This document shows, piece by piece, positions 10,138 to 18,475 of a DNA stretch of 64,000 bases. The DNA comes from an uncultured Muribaculaceae bacterium (lineage in GTDB: Bacteria; Bacteroidota; Bacteroidia; Bacteroidales; Muribaculaceae). A program made the translations under genes and the position numbers. The notes under the pieces were generated by a model. It was not told the DNA's origin, made no database searches, and was given only the letters and a program-made list of their open reading frames with translations. How positions within the stretch are numbered: position 1 is the stretch's first letter; every line of letters begins with the position of its first letter. The stretch spans positions 14,684 to 78,683 of the forward strand of contig CAZHXA010000002.1 of assembly GCA_964536025.1 (NCBI GenBank). The letters run 5' to 3'.

Positions 10138-10439
10138 ATGCCGGAGGCATTATACGATGTATTAACCGACGCGTGAGAAAGACCGATAGGGCTTTCTCCA
10201 TGTGCGGTATACACACAGACCCCACCCCGACAGCAGTTTCCGGAGGAAACCATATAAAAAAAACAAGCAGAGGTCGGATTGTTCCGACCTCTGCTATATT
10301 TATTATCTATAAGTTTCGCTATTAAAGCACTACTTTGCTTGTGCGAGAACCTTGTTTCTTAATGAAAATACCATTTGATGGATTTTCTACCTTAACACCT
10401 TGCAAGTTGTAGTATTCCACAGGTGCGTTAGCATCTACA
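10132..10439. repeat. outer inverted repeat, left arm (308 bp)
   Basis: Reverse complement of 13194..13439. Identical over the last 118 nt of CDS, and nearly identical over the 3' UTR and terminator. Carries a 61-bp extra segment (10171..10231). Confidence 0.9.
10253..10294 (-). terminator. rho-independent terminator of the 10322..11467 gene
   Basis: GCAGAGGTCGGA-TTGT-TCCGACCTCTGC, followed by a T8 run on the minus strand. Confidence 0.8.
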
Positions 10440-11467
10440 TCAACAGTTTCGATAGCTGTAGTCAAGTTTTCTGGGACTGTAAATGTATATCTTGTAACAA
10501 ATTTATTTGGATGGAAATGGTAAATATATGCTTGGTTTTCTGAAAATTTTTGTACGGTCAAAGCTGTAATCTGTCCGGATGTAGTAGCACTTAAAGTTTC
10601 AGGAATAGTTGCTATAACTTTATCTGAGAAGCGGTCAACAATTTGGAAACCATCATAATAATTAGTTCCGGCAGGTTCTATAGTAAATAGTATGTTGTTA
10701 AATGTTACAACGTCATGACCTGCACTGGCATTTACATTTCCAACTCTATTATATGCAACCCATTTAGATGCAGTGTTTTGATAATATATGTCCTTATTTG
10801 AACGATTTCTAACTGTAATTTCATCACTTTCAGGCTCATTGGTTAATGGTTGTACTATCATTTGTGTATTGTTTGTAGCTGTTAGTGCAATAACTTTTGA
10901 CTTTTCTGCAACATATTCACCATTGGCAAAATAACACTTGATAATTTCTTTTGTGTTGTTTAAAGCAAAGAAGAAAGCACCACCGTCTTCGCTGAAAATA
11001 TCACCAACACCGCGTCCCATATAGTCCATACGTCCTATAGTAGCACCCAAATTTGTAAAAGATTCTGTCAAATCTATTTCGTTAGAAACTTTGTTTGTTG
11101 TTGCGTTCCATAGAACCACTTTGAAGTTAGTAGCAGCACCGTGTCCTGTCGATCTTACTACGGCATTACCTTTGCTATCAAAGTTGAAAGATGTACCTGC
11201 AGCTGTAATTCCTTCAACGGTTGAACGTTCTACTTTTTTAGTAGATTTATTGTAGGTAAAGCGATCTAATTTAGCATTCGTACCATATGTCTTCACATAA
11301 ATATCACCGTTGTAACCTGAACCGAAAATTGCACTTGATGTAGGAACATCTGTAGAAGTCCAATCCTTTGTAAGTGTGAAGCCTTTAGCTACACCCTCTA
11401 CTGCTGTTTGAGCGTTTAGTGAAGCCGAAAGGGCTAAAACGCAAATTGAAAGTAAAACTTTTTTCAT
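10322..11467 (-). CDS. secreted T9SS cargo protein, function unknown (beta-rich, propeller-like)
   Basis: 381 aa. Signal peptide MKKVLLSICVLALSASLNAQ. C-terminal Por-secretion-tail-like domain (VEYYNLQGVKVENPSNGIFIKKQGSRTSKVVL). Confidence 0.75.
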   Translation of the reverse strand: MKKVLLSICVLALSASLNAQTAVEGVAKGFTLTKDWTSTDVPTSSAIFGSGYNGDIYVKTYGTNAKLDRFTYNKSTKKVERSTVEGITAAGTSFNFDSKGNAVVRSTGHGAATNFKVVLWNATTNKVSNEIDLTESFTNLGATIGRMDYMGRGVGDIFSEDGGAFFFALNNTKEIIKCYFANGEYVAEKSKVIALTATNNTQMIVQPLTNEPESDEITVRNRSNKDIYYQNTASKWVAYNRVGNVNASAGHDVVTFNNILFTIEPAGTNYYDGFQIVDRFSDKVIATIPETLSATTSGQITALTVQKFSENQAYIYHFHPNKFVTRYTFTVPENLTTAIETVDVDANAPVEYYNLQGVKVENPSNGIFIKKQGSRTSKVVL

Positions 11468-11486
11468 TTCCTTAAGTTTTTAGATT
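11451..11486. repeat. inner inverted repeat, left copy (36 bp, perfect)
   Basis: Exact reverse complement of 11718..11753. Covers the first 17 nt of CDS plus 19 nt of leader of gene 10322..11467. Confidence 0.95.
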
Positions 11487-11612
11487 AGTAATAATTAATT
11501 GTTTATATAAAAAATAAATATTTTACTTAATTTCCTCTTTAAGTACGCTAAAATCATTATTTTCGGCGGTATCCCCAAATTCCCGCCAATCATTAATAGG
11601 TTTTATGTGTTG

Positions 11613-11644
11613 CAAAGCTATAAATTTTAAAACTAATGAGCAAA
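11613..11644 (-). promoter_or_regulatory. full Bacteroidetes-type promoter (TTTG-N20-TAGCTTTG) pointing toward gene 10322..11467
   Basis: On the minus strand, TTTG is at 11644..11641 and TAGCTTTG(CA) at 11620..11613, with a 20-nt spacer, 146 nt from the ATG at 11467. A second -7 box, TAGATTTG, lies at 11693..11686. Confidence 0.55.
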
Positions 11645-11687
11645 TATTTGAACAAAAAAAGTTTAAATAGTTTTCAAAATGTTCTCA

Positions 11688-11701
11688 AATCTAAAAACTT
11701 A
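11688..11701. repeat. partial third copy (14 nt, AATCTAAAAACTTA) of the inner repeat, direct relative to the right copy
   Basis: Read directly; identical to 11718..11731. Confidence 0.8.
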
Positions 11702-11717
11702 GAGATAATATTTCCTG

Positions 11718-11753
11718 AATCTAAAAACTTAAGGAAATGAAAAAAGTTTTACT
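11718..11753. repeat. inner inverted repeat, right copy (36 bp, perfect)
   Basis: AATCTAAAAACTTAAGGAAATGAAAAAAGTTTTACT. Covers the leader plus ATG plus the first codons (MKKVLL) of gene 11737..13311. Confidence 0.95.
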
Positions 11754-13311
11754 AAGTTCTATTTTGGCATTGGGTAGCCTATGTACCTTAAATGCTCAAA
11801 TGACTAAAGGCGTACAAGCTCGTATCTATGCTTATGGTTTGCAACAAACTAAAGGTCAGGCTGTGGTAGAAAATGGTAGTATAGCTTCTTACACTTTGAC
11901 ATTCAAAACCAACACTGCTGCAACTTCTGCAAAAGTTAATTTGATGAAAGGTGAAACCGTTGTAGCAAGTTTTGAGGCTGAAGCAACCGATGCAACTAAA
12001 AAATCATGGAAAGCTGTAGTAAATGCAAGCAAGGTAGGAGAAGCCGGCACTTATACATGGGAAGCCGAAGTTTCAGCTCCTGCAGTAAAAAGCTGGGCTA
12101 CAATCTCAGATCATACAAATAACAAAGATAATTTTGTTTTTTACCGTTCTTACGGATTGGCTATTGATAATAATCCGGAAAATGATGCATTTGGAACAAT
12201 TTATGCTGTAAACCAAGCAACAGCCGCCAACTATACTAAGGGTATAGGTATGTGGACTTACAGTCCTGAATTGACATTACTAAACAACTCTCCTTATTCA
12301 ATTGAAGGCGTGATTGGAGATAAAAATACTGGAGAGTCTCCTTCTGATATGGCAATCGACTCTAAGGGTCTTTTGTATTTGTCAAATAACTCAACTAATG
12401 GATCAGGTGTTTATGTTGTTGATCCTACTCAAAATTACAGTGCAAAACAAATATTTGAAGGAACTCGCGAAAATGGTGTAATTAAAGATACTGACGGTAA
12501 CGAGATTTCGTCTATGGTTGCTGCTGTAGGAGTATATGGCAAAGATTCCGATAGAGAGATCTTTACTATTGATAATGCAACAGGTGGAGTTACTGATTTT
12601 TATATTAAGAGATATGAAATAGGTTCTCAGGAAACTTGGAACACTGAAGCAAGCTTTAAACAAAATAAATTTGCTATTTCTGAAACAGGAACCATGTCTA
12701 TTGTTAATAAAAATTGTGCTATAGAACCAATCGCAGAAGGTTATTGGATTTCTCAATATAGAACAGCAACATCAAAGAATGAACCTCTTTTAGCATTTAT
12801 CAACAATAATAATGAAGTAAAATATAACTATAATTTAGCTAATGACAGCTTTACCGGAAGTTCTCAAAACGGAGCTATTGCTGTTGATGAAAAGACTAAG
12901 ACTGTAGCGGTTGCTAGTGCTAATAATGTTATTATAATGAATTACAATATAGCTACAGATGGGAAAGTTACAACTTCAAATGAAAAAACTTACTCACTTA
13001 CAGACAATCATCGTCGTCCTAATGATATGGCTTTCGACTATGCCGGAAACTTGTATAGTGTAACTTCAAACAAAGAAACACTAAGTGTGTGGTCAGTTCC
13101 TACAGAAAATAATATATGCAAAACTCCTGCAAAGAGCACCATGACTATCGAAATTACTTCAAGCGATATTCAAACAGGTGTTGAAGAAGTGGGTGTAGAT
13201 GCTAACGCACCTGTGGAATACTACAACTTGCAAGGTGTTAAGGTAGAAAATCCATCAAATGGTATTTTCATTAAGAAACAAGGTTCTCGCACAAGCAAAG
13301 TAGTGCTTTAA
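11737..13311 (+). CDS. secreted T9SS cargo protein, function unknown (NHL/beta-propeller-like repeats)
   Basis: 524 aa. Signal peptide MKKVLLSSILALGSLCTLNAQ. Repeat-like segments SPSDMAIDSKGLLYLSN and RPNDMAFDYAGNLYSVT. The C-terminal 39 aa are identical to those of the 10322..11467 product. Confidence 0.75.
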   Translation: MKKVLLSSILALGSLCTLNAQMTKGVQARIYAYGLQQTKGQAVVENGSIASYTLTFKTNTAATSAKVNLMKGETVVASFEAEATDATKKSWKAVVNASKVGEAGTYTWEAEVSAPAVKSWATISDHTNNKDNFVFYRSYGLAIDNNPENDAFGTIYAVNQATAANYTKGIGMWTYSPELTLLNNSPYSIEGVIGDKNTGESPSDMAIDSKGLLYLSNNSTNGSGVYVVDPTQNYSAKQIFEGTRENGVIKDTDGNEISSMVAAVGVYGKDSDREIFTIDNATGGVTDFYIKRYEIGSQETWNTEASFKQNKFAISETGTMSIVNKNCAIEPIAEGYWISQYRTATSKNEPLLAFINNNNEVKYNYNLANDSFTGSSQNGAIAVDEKTKTVAVASANNVIIMNYNIATDGKVTTSNEKTYSLTDNHRRPNDMAFDYAGNLYSVTSNKETLSVWSVPTENNICKTPAKSTMTIEITSSDIQTGVEEVGVDANAPVEYYNLQGVKVENPSNGIFIKKQGSRTSKVVL

Positions 13312-13439
13312 TAGCGAAACTTATAGATAATAAATATAGCAGAGGTCGGATTGCTCCGACCTCTGCTTGTTTTTTTATATGATTTCCTCCGGAAACTGCT
13401 GTCGGTTAAGACACCGTGTAATGCCTCCGGCATAAAAGG
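13194..13439. repeat. outer inverted repeat, right arm (246 bp)
   Basis: Reverse complement of 10132..10439 (see left arm). Confidence 0.9.
13339..13376 (+). terminator. rho-independent terminator of gene 11737..13311
   Basis: GCAGAGGTCGGA-TTGC-TCCGACCTCTGC followed by TTGTTTTTTT. Confidence 0.85.
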
Positions 13440-13445
13440 AGGTGT

Positions 13446-15023
13446 TTAAAAAGGTACGGGGTCTTCGCCTTTAGACATTAGAAAGTCTTCGTTTCGTGGC
13501 GGTAGATTTTCGGGCATAGGCACATTCATCATAGGAGCATTATCATTGGCAGGAGGATTGTCATCGTTCATCTTAGAACCCATAGGTTCGGTGTATTCGC
13601 TTCTGATAGAAGTGTAATTATCGTCCCAATTGTCAAATCGTGCAAATTGTCCTACGAAACGCAACTTGATGTCATCAACCGAACCACTACGGTGCTTGGC
13701 AACGATGAATTCGGCAAGTCCGCGAATGTCGTTCCCCTCGCTGTCTTCCGATGCTTTGGTGTAATATTCCGGGCGGTGAATGAAACACACAATATCGGCA
13801 TCTTGCTCAATGGCACCCGATTCACGCAAGTCGGATAGCTGAGGGCGTTTCCCATCGGTACGGTTTTCCACGCTACGGTTCAACTGCGACAATGCTATGA
13901 TAGGTATAGATAATTCTTTAGCCAATTGCTTTAACGAACGCGAAATCATACTTACTTCTTGTTCACGGCTTCCGAATTTCATGCCACTTGCATTCATCAA
14001 CTGCAAATAGTCTATTATGATGATTTTCACGCCATGTTCACGCACGAGTCGTCGAGCTTTGGTTCTCAATTCAAAAACCGACAAGCTCGGTGTGTCATCG
14101 ATGTATAGCGGTGCAGAATAAAGCATTTTAATCTTTGTCATCAACTTATCCCATTCAAATTGTGATAACTGACCGCTTTTAATCTTTTCGCTTTCAAGTT
14201 CGCACACGTTACTTATAAGACGATTGACAAGCTGGAGATTTGACATTTCCAGAGAGAAAATAGCGACCGGAGAGTTGAAGTTTACCGCCATATTTTTTGC
14301 CATAGATAGCACAAAAGCCGTTTTACCCATTGCCGGACGTGCCGCAATTATAATCAAGTCGCTTTCTTGCCAACCCGAAGTAAGTTTGTCCAACTTGTGG
14401 TATCCTGTTTGCAAACCGCTCAATCCACTTTCTCTATTTGCGGCATCTTCAATCTTTTTTATAGCTTCGCTTATGACAGGGTCAATCTGCGTAACGTCCT
14501 TTTTTACATTATGTTGAGTGATCTCAAAAAGTCGCCCTTCGGCTTCTTGTAAAAGGTCATCGACATCGTTAGATTCGTCGAAAGCTTTGGTCTCAATAGA
14601 AGAACAAAATGTGATAAGTTCACGAGCAAGATACTTTTGAGCTACAATGCGAGCGTGATACTCCACATTGGCAGCACTCGACACACGTCCTGTGAGTTCG
14701 GAAATACGTAAAGCTCCCCCCACAGCATCCAAATTACCGTCGAGACGCAACTGCTCGGTTACGGTAAGCATGTCGATGGGTCGCTGCATGGCACCAAGAG
14801 CCTGAATAGAAGCGTAAATTTTTTGGTTGCGTGCATCGTAGAAGCTCTCGGGCTTTAAAATGTCACACACTACCACATAAGCATCTTTTTCAAGCATTAA
14901 TGCACCCAATACGGCTTCTTCCAAATCGGTGTCTTGAGGTTGCAATTTACCTATTTCGAGCATTGCTTTGTCTTGCTTTCTCGACTGTTTGTAATTGTTG
15001 TACGGTCTATCTTCGTTTGCCAT
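13446..15023 (-). CDS. dnaB: replicative DNA helicase DnaB
   Basis: Walker A (ARPAMGKTAF) and typical DnaB N- and C-domains. Start re-called to the ATG at 15023 (MANEDR...) because the track TTG at 15050 lies inside the -7 box. Has a low-complexity P/N-rich C-terminal tail. Confidence 0.95.
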   Translation of the reverse strand: MANEDRPYNNYKQSRKQDKAMLEIGKLQPQDTDLEEAVLGALMLEKDAYVVVCDILKPESFYDARNQKIYASIQALGAMQRPIDMLTVTEQLRLDGNLDAVGGALRISELTGRVSSAANVEYHARIVAQKYLARELITFCSSIETKAFDESNDVDDLLQEAEGRLFEITQHNVKKDVTQIDPVISEAIKKIEDAANRESGLSGLQTGYHKLDKLTSGWQESDLIIIAARPAMGKTAFVLSMAKNMAVNFNSPVAIFSLEMSNLQLVNRLISNVCELESEKIKSGQLSQFEWDKLMTKIKMLYSAPLYIDDTPSLSVFELRTKARRLVREHGVKIIIIDYLQLMNASGMKFGSREQEVSMISRSLKQLAKELSIPIIALSQLNRSVENRTDGKRPQLSDLRESGAIEQDADIVCFIHRPEYYTKASEDSEGNDIRGLAEFIVAKHRSGSVDDIKLRFVGQFARFDNWDDNYTSIRSEYTEPMGSKMNDDNPPANDNAPMMNVPMPENLPPRNEDFLMSKGEDPVPF

Positions 15024-15047
15024 TTCTACATTTTTGTTTTCTCTGTG

Positions 15048-15055
15048 CAAAGTTA
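15048..15055 (-). promoter_or_regulatory. -7 box TAACTTTG for dnaB
   Basis: CAAAGTTA on the plus strand, 25 nt upstream of the ATG at 15023. Confidence 0.5.
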
Positions 15056-15151
15056 ATGAAACGCTGTTTATAACAAAAACTATTCACCTTAATATTCCTC
15101 ACATTTTTTTCACAGTATTGTTCACAATGTGATAATATGAAAAGTATTTTG

Positions 15152-15159
15152 TAATTTTG
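15152..15159 (+). promoter_or_regulatory. -7 box TAATTTTG for ispE
   Basis: TAATTTTGCA 24 nt upstream of the ATG at 15183; divergent from the dnaB promoter. Confidence 0.5.
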
Positions 15160-15182
15160 CATCTGCTAAAATCATAAAATAC

Positions 15183-16004
15183 ATGATAAAATTTCCTAAC
15201 GCCAAGATAAATTTGGGTCTCGACATAGTGAATCGACGTCCCGATGGATACCACGACATAGAAACAGTGTTTTATCCCATAGCATTGCAAGATATAGTGG
15301 AGATAGTGCCGGCTCGTGGCAGTGAAACTACACTCACAACCTATGGCAGAGTGATAGATTGCCCTATGGAAAAAAATCTTGTGGTTAAGGCTTATCGCTT
15401 GATGGAAAAAGAGTTTGATTTGCCACCGGTGGATATTTATTTGCATAAAAATATCCCCGATGGAGCCGGATTGGGTGGAGGATCTTCAGATGCGGCAAAT
15501 GTGTTGCTCGCACTCAATGAGATGTTTGAACTTAACCTCACAAAAGAAGAACTTGCCAAGCGAGCCGCACGTTTGGGTGCCGATTGTGCTTTTTTTATTT
15601 ATAACAGCCCGATGATGGCAACCGGAATAGGTGATGTGTTGTCTCCAATAGACGTGCCTTTGCATGGTAAAACGTTGCTGTTGGTAAAACCCGACGTGAG
15701 TGTGCCTACTGCCGAAGCCTATTCAAGAGTTACGCCTCGCAAGAGTGACACTCCGCTTGCCGAAGTTATAAAAATGCCTATCGACAAGTGGAAAAACGCT
15801 TTGAAAAACGATTTTGAGCCGAGTGTATTTTCGACACACCCTGAATTGAGTGAAATAAAGGATAAAATCAAGCAGTCGGGAGCCGTTTATGCTTCAATGA
15901 GTGGCTCAGGTTCATCGATTTTCGGCATTTTTGAAAGTGCCAATATGGCAGAAAAAGCCAAAAAAATATTTGAAGGGATGAATTCTTATGTTATAAATCT
16001 CTAA
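15183..16004 (+). CDS. ispE: 4-diphosphocytidyl-2-C-methyl-D-erythritol kinase
   Basis: 273 aa. N-terminus has AKINLGL, and the GHMP kinase motif PDGAGLGGGSSDAA is present. Confidence 0.9.
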   Translation: MIKFPNAKINLGLDIVNRRPDGYHDIETVFYPIALQDIVEIVPARGSETTLTTYGRVIDCPMEKNLVVKAYRLMEKEFDLPPVDIYLHKNIPDGAGLGGGSSDAANVLLALNEMFELNLTKEELAKRAARLGADCAFFIYNSPMMATGIGDVLSPIDVPLHGKTLLLVKPDVSVPTAEAYSRVTPRKSDTPLAEVIKMPIDKWKNALKNDFEPSVFSTHPELSEIKDKIKQSGAVYASMSGSGSSIFGIFESANMAEKAKKIFEGMNSYVINL

Positions 16005-16146
16005 AAGGGAAGTAGTCAAGCAAGACATTTGCTATTAATGTGTCATTTTGGCAATGTTTTTGCTAATAACAATTTTACATGCGACAAATCGCGTCCGGAT
16101 TTGTCGTAAATTGGTATAATTGCAAAAAATAAAGAACACTATATAT

Positions 16147-16716
16147 ATGAGTAACAAGGAAGATTTAAAAAACGAAGAAACAGTAAACGAAGTGGAAGAA
16201 ACAGCCGAAAAAGAGGCGGTTGCTGAGGAAAACGCACAGGAACAACCTGTAGAAGCTACTCCGGAAGAACGTATAGCCGACTTGGAAGCTAAACTTGAAA
16301 AAGAAAAGAAAGAATATATGTTCTTGATGGCGGAATTTGACAATTTCCGCAAACGTTCGATAAAAGACAAAGCCGAAATCATTAAAAACGGTGCAGAAAA
16401 CGCAATGCGTAACATTTTGCCAATAATCGACGATTTCGACCGAGCAATCGAAGCCAATGCCAAAAGCGATGACGTGGAAGCCCTTCGTGAAGGTGTGGAA
16501 CTTATATATAATAAGTTCGTTAAATATCTTGAAAGCAACGGTGTAAAAGAAATGAAAACCACGGGGGAAACATTTGATGCCGACGTGCATGAGGCTGTAA
16601 CAACATTCCCTGCTCCAAGCGAAGACTTGAAAGGCAAGATTATCGACACGGTGCAAAAAGGCTATTCCATCAACGATAAAGTGTTGCGACACGCTAAAGT
16701 TGTGGTTGGTCAATAA
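16147..16716 (+). CDS. grpE: nucleotide exchange factor GrpE
   Basis: Acidic N-terminus, a GrpE core (AEFDNFRKR ... V.KGY....KVLR.A.V.V), and position directly before dnaJ. Start re-called to the ATG at 16147. Confidence 0.9.
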   Translation: MSNKEDLKNEETVNEVEETAEKEAVAEENAQEQPVEATPEERIADLEAKLEKEKKEYMFLMAEFDNFRKRSIKDKAEIIKNGAENAMRNILPIIDDFDRAIEANAKSDDVEALREGVELIYNKFVKYLESNGVKEMKTTGETFDADVHEAVTTFPAPSEDLKGKIIDTVQKGYSINDKVLRHAKVVVGQ

Positions 16717-16743
16717 TTTTTTATTCAACAAAACAATCACACA

Positions 16744-17925
16744 ATGGAAAAAAGAGACTACTACGAAGTGCTTGGTGTTGCAAAAACAGCAACAGCCGAT
16801 GAATTGAAAAAAGCATATCGTAAAAAGGCTATTGAATATCATCCCGACCGTCAGCAAGGTAAAAGCGAAGAGGAAAAGAAGGCTGCCGAAGAAAAATTCA
16901 AGGAAGCAGCTGAGGCTTATGACGTGTTGAGTAATCCCGATAAACGTGCAAGATATGACCAATACGGTCACGCCGGAATGAATGGCGGTGGTTTTGGCGG
17001 AGCAGGTGGCTTTGGCGGAGCGGGAATGTCAATGGAAGACATTTTTAGCCACTTTGGCGACATCTTTGGTGGTGGCTTCGGCGGTTTTAGTGGCTTTGGC
17101 GGTGGTGGTCGTCGTGGTGGCGGTCGTCGTCGTCAAAATGTAGGTGACGATTTGCGTATCACCGTGCATGTATCACTTAAAGATGTAGCACACGGCTTGA
17201 CAAAGAAAATCAAGATTCCACGCTATGTTTCTTGTAAGACTTGTAACGGAACAGGTGCTGAAAACGGAACCGATTTCACTACATGCTCGGCTTGTAACGG
17301 TAGCGGTACACAAATACGCACACAACAAACCATGTTCGGCATGATGCAATCAGAAACCGTATGCCCCAACTGTCATGGTGAGGGTCGCATAATCAACCAT
17401 AAATGTAAGGATTGTGGTGGAGAGGGTGTTGTTAAGAGCGAAGATGTGGTAACTATAAACATTCCTGCAGGTGTTGCCGATGGAAATATGTTACGCATGC
17501 AAGGCAAGGGTAATGCACCACGTCATGGTGGAATTTCTGGCGATTTGCTTATTGTGATAGCCGAAGATAAAGACCCTGAATTGATTCGCGACGAAAACAA
17601 TATCATTTATAACTTGATGATAGATTTCCCGACAGCCGTTTTCGGTGGAAAAGTGGAAGTGCCTACTATCGACGGTGTGGCTCGTGTAACCATCGAACCG
17701 GGAACACAGCCGGGCAAAGTGTTGCGATTGAAAGGTAAAGGTTTACCTTCTCCTAATTATTATGGTACGGGCGACGAATATATCAATATATCTGTTTATG
17801 TGCCTGAAACACTTAATAAGGAAGAACGTGAAGCTATAGAGAAACTTCGCGACAGTGAAAATATAAGGCCTACTGAGGAGAAAAAGAAATCTATTTTTCA
17901 ACGCATGAGCGATTTCTTTCAATAA
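16744..17925 (+). CDS. dnaJ: molecular chaperone DnaJ
   Basis: J domain with HPD (YHPDR), a G/F-rich region, and four CxxCxGxG zinc-finger repeats. Confidence 0.95.
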   Translation: MEKRDYYEVLGVAKTATADELKKAYRKKAIEYHPDRQQGKSEEEKKAAEEKFKEAAEAYDVLSNPDKRARYDQYGHAGMNGGGFGGAGGFGGAGMSMEDIFSHFGDIFGGGFGGFSGFGGGGRRGGGRRRQNVGDDLRITVHVSLKDVAHGLTKKIKIPRYVSCKTCNGTGAENGTDFTTCSACNGSGTQIRTQQTMFGMMQSETVCPNCHGEGRIINHKCKDCGGEGVVKSEDVVTINIPAGVADGNMLRMQGKGNAPRHGGISGDLLIVIAEDKDPELIRDENNIIYNLMIDFPTAVFGGKVEVPTIDGVARVTIEPGTQPGKVLRLKGKGLPSPNYYGTGDEYINISVYVPETLNKEEREAIEKLRDSENIRPTEEKKKSIFQRMSDFFQ

Positions 17926-17994
17926 ACAGTAAAATGACATCTTGATTTATTAAGAAGGCGTTTAGGTACTGCCTTTTGTGGGTGATGAGATAGA

Positions 17995-18027
17995 GAAACG
18001 ATGTGAATCAAAGATTCACATCGTTTC
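17995..18027 (+). terminator. hairpin downstream of dnaJ
   Basis: GAAACGATGTGAATC-AAA-GATTCACATCGTTTC, a perfect 15-bp stem; the T tract is weak. Confidence 0.5.
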
Positions 18028-18254
18028 ATCGTTTATATTGTAGATAGCTTAGTAGAAACTGAAATGTTAAAACTCATAACTGAAAACAGAGTGGTTAATG
18101 TCTTCGGCATTTCTTTGTTATTCAAAAAACACTATCTCCACTAAATTTCTACTGACCCCAAATTCTTTATGTTTAGGTTGGCAACACTATACTCTTGACA
18201 CCGTCTCCGCCCACCGAAAAAAAAACGCTGACTCCTTTTTGGGGGTAGGGGGAT

Positions 18255-18286
18255 GAAAAAAGAGGTTCATCGTGTGATGAACCTCT
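18255..18286 (-). terminator. terminator of tRNA-Leu
   Basis: AGAGGTTCATC-GTGT-GATGAACCTCT, followed by T6 on the minus strand. Confidence 0.7.
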
Positions 18287-18292
18287 TTGACT

Positions 18293-18377
18293 TGGTGCGC
18301 ATGAAGGGACTCGAACCCCCACGTCTCTCGACACTAGATCCTAAGTCTAGCGCGGCTACCAATTACGCCACATGCGC
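18293..18377 (-). tRNA. tRNA-Leu (anticodon UAG), type II with long variable arm, CCA encoded
   Basis: Manual fold: acceptor GCGCATG/CATGCGC, anticodon stem CTAGA/TCTAG with loop CTTAGGA, variable arm GTGTCGAGAGACGT, T loop TTCGAGT. Confidence 0.85.
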
Positions 18378-18388
18378 AAATCCGAATG

Positions 18389-18418
18389 CAAAGGTACGCA
18401 TTATTTTTAAACTACAAA
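18389..18418 (-). promoter_or_regulatory. promoter of tRNA-Leu (TTTG-N18-TACCTTTG)
   Basis: CAAAGGTA at 18389..18396 and CAAA at 18415..18418 on the plus strand. Confidence 0.5.
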
Positions 18419-18475
18419 ATAAATATCGTGTTTTTTCTGCATTTTTTTGAGAAAAAGTAAAGAAAAAAGGCTTTT

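Noticed and set aside
10098-10325. 75-aa ORF in the gdhA-downstream region.
   Set aside because: It lies entirely within the outer inverted-repeat arm, the terminator hairpins and the 61-bp indel. It has no promoter box or signal features and is most likely spurious.
13446-13580. P/N-rich ~45-aa C-terminal tail on DnaB as a possible fusion or intein remnant.
   Set aside because: It is short and low-complexity, and the helicase core is uninterrupted. It is most simply a lineage-typical tail.
16035-16971. Long antisense ORFs (204 and 268 aa) opposite grpE and dnaJ.
   Set aside because: These are shadow ORFs opposite well-conserved chaperone genes with low-complexity translation. The same applies to other antisense ORFs in the track, such as 3267..3851, 38274..38903 and 29847..30302.
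18293-18377. tRNA genes (tRNA-Leu here; tRNA-Asp at 50158..50231) as integration sites of genomic islands.
   Set aside because: I found no integrase, no direct repeat of a tRNA 3' end and no mobility gene anywhere in the window. The flanking genes are housekeeping.
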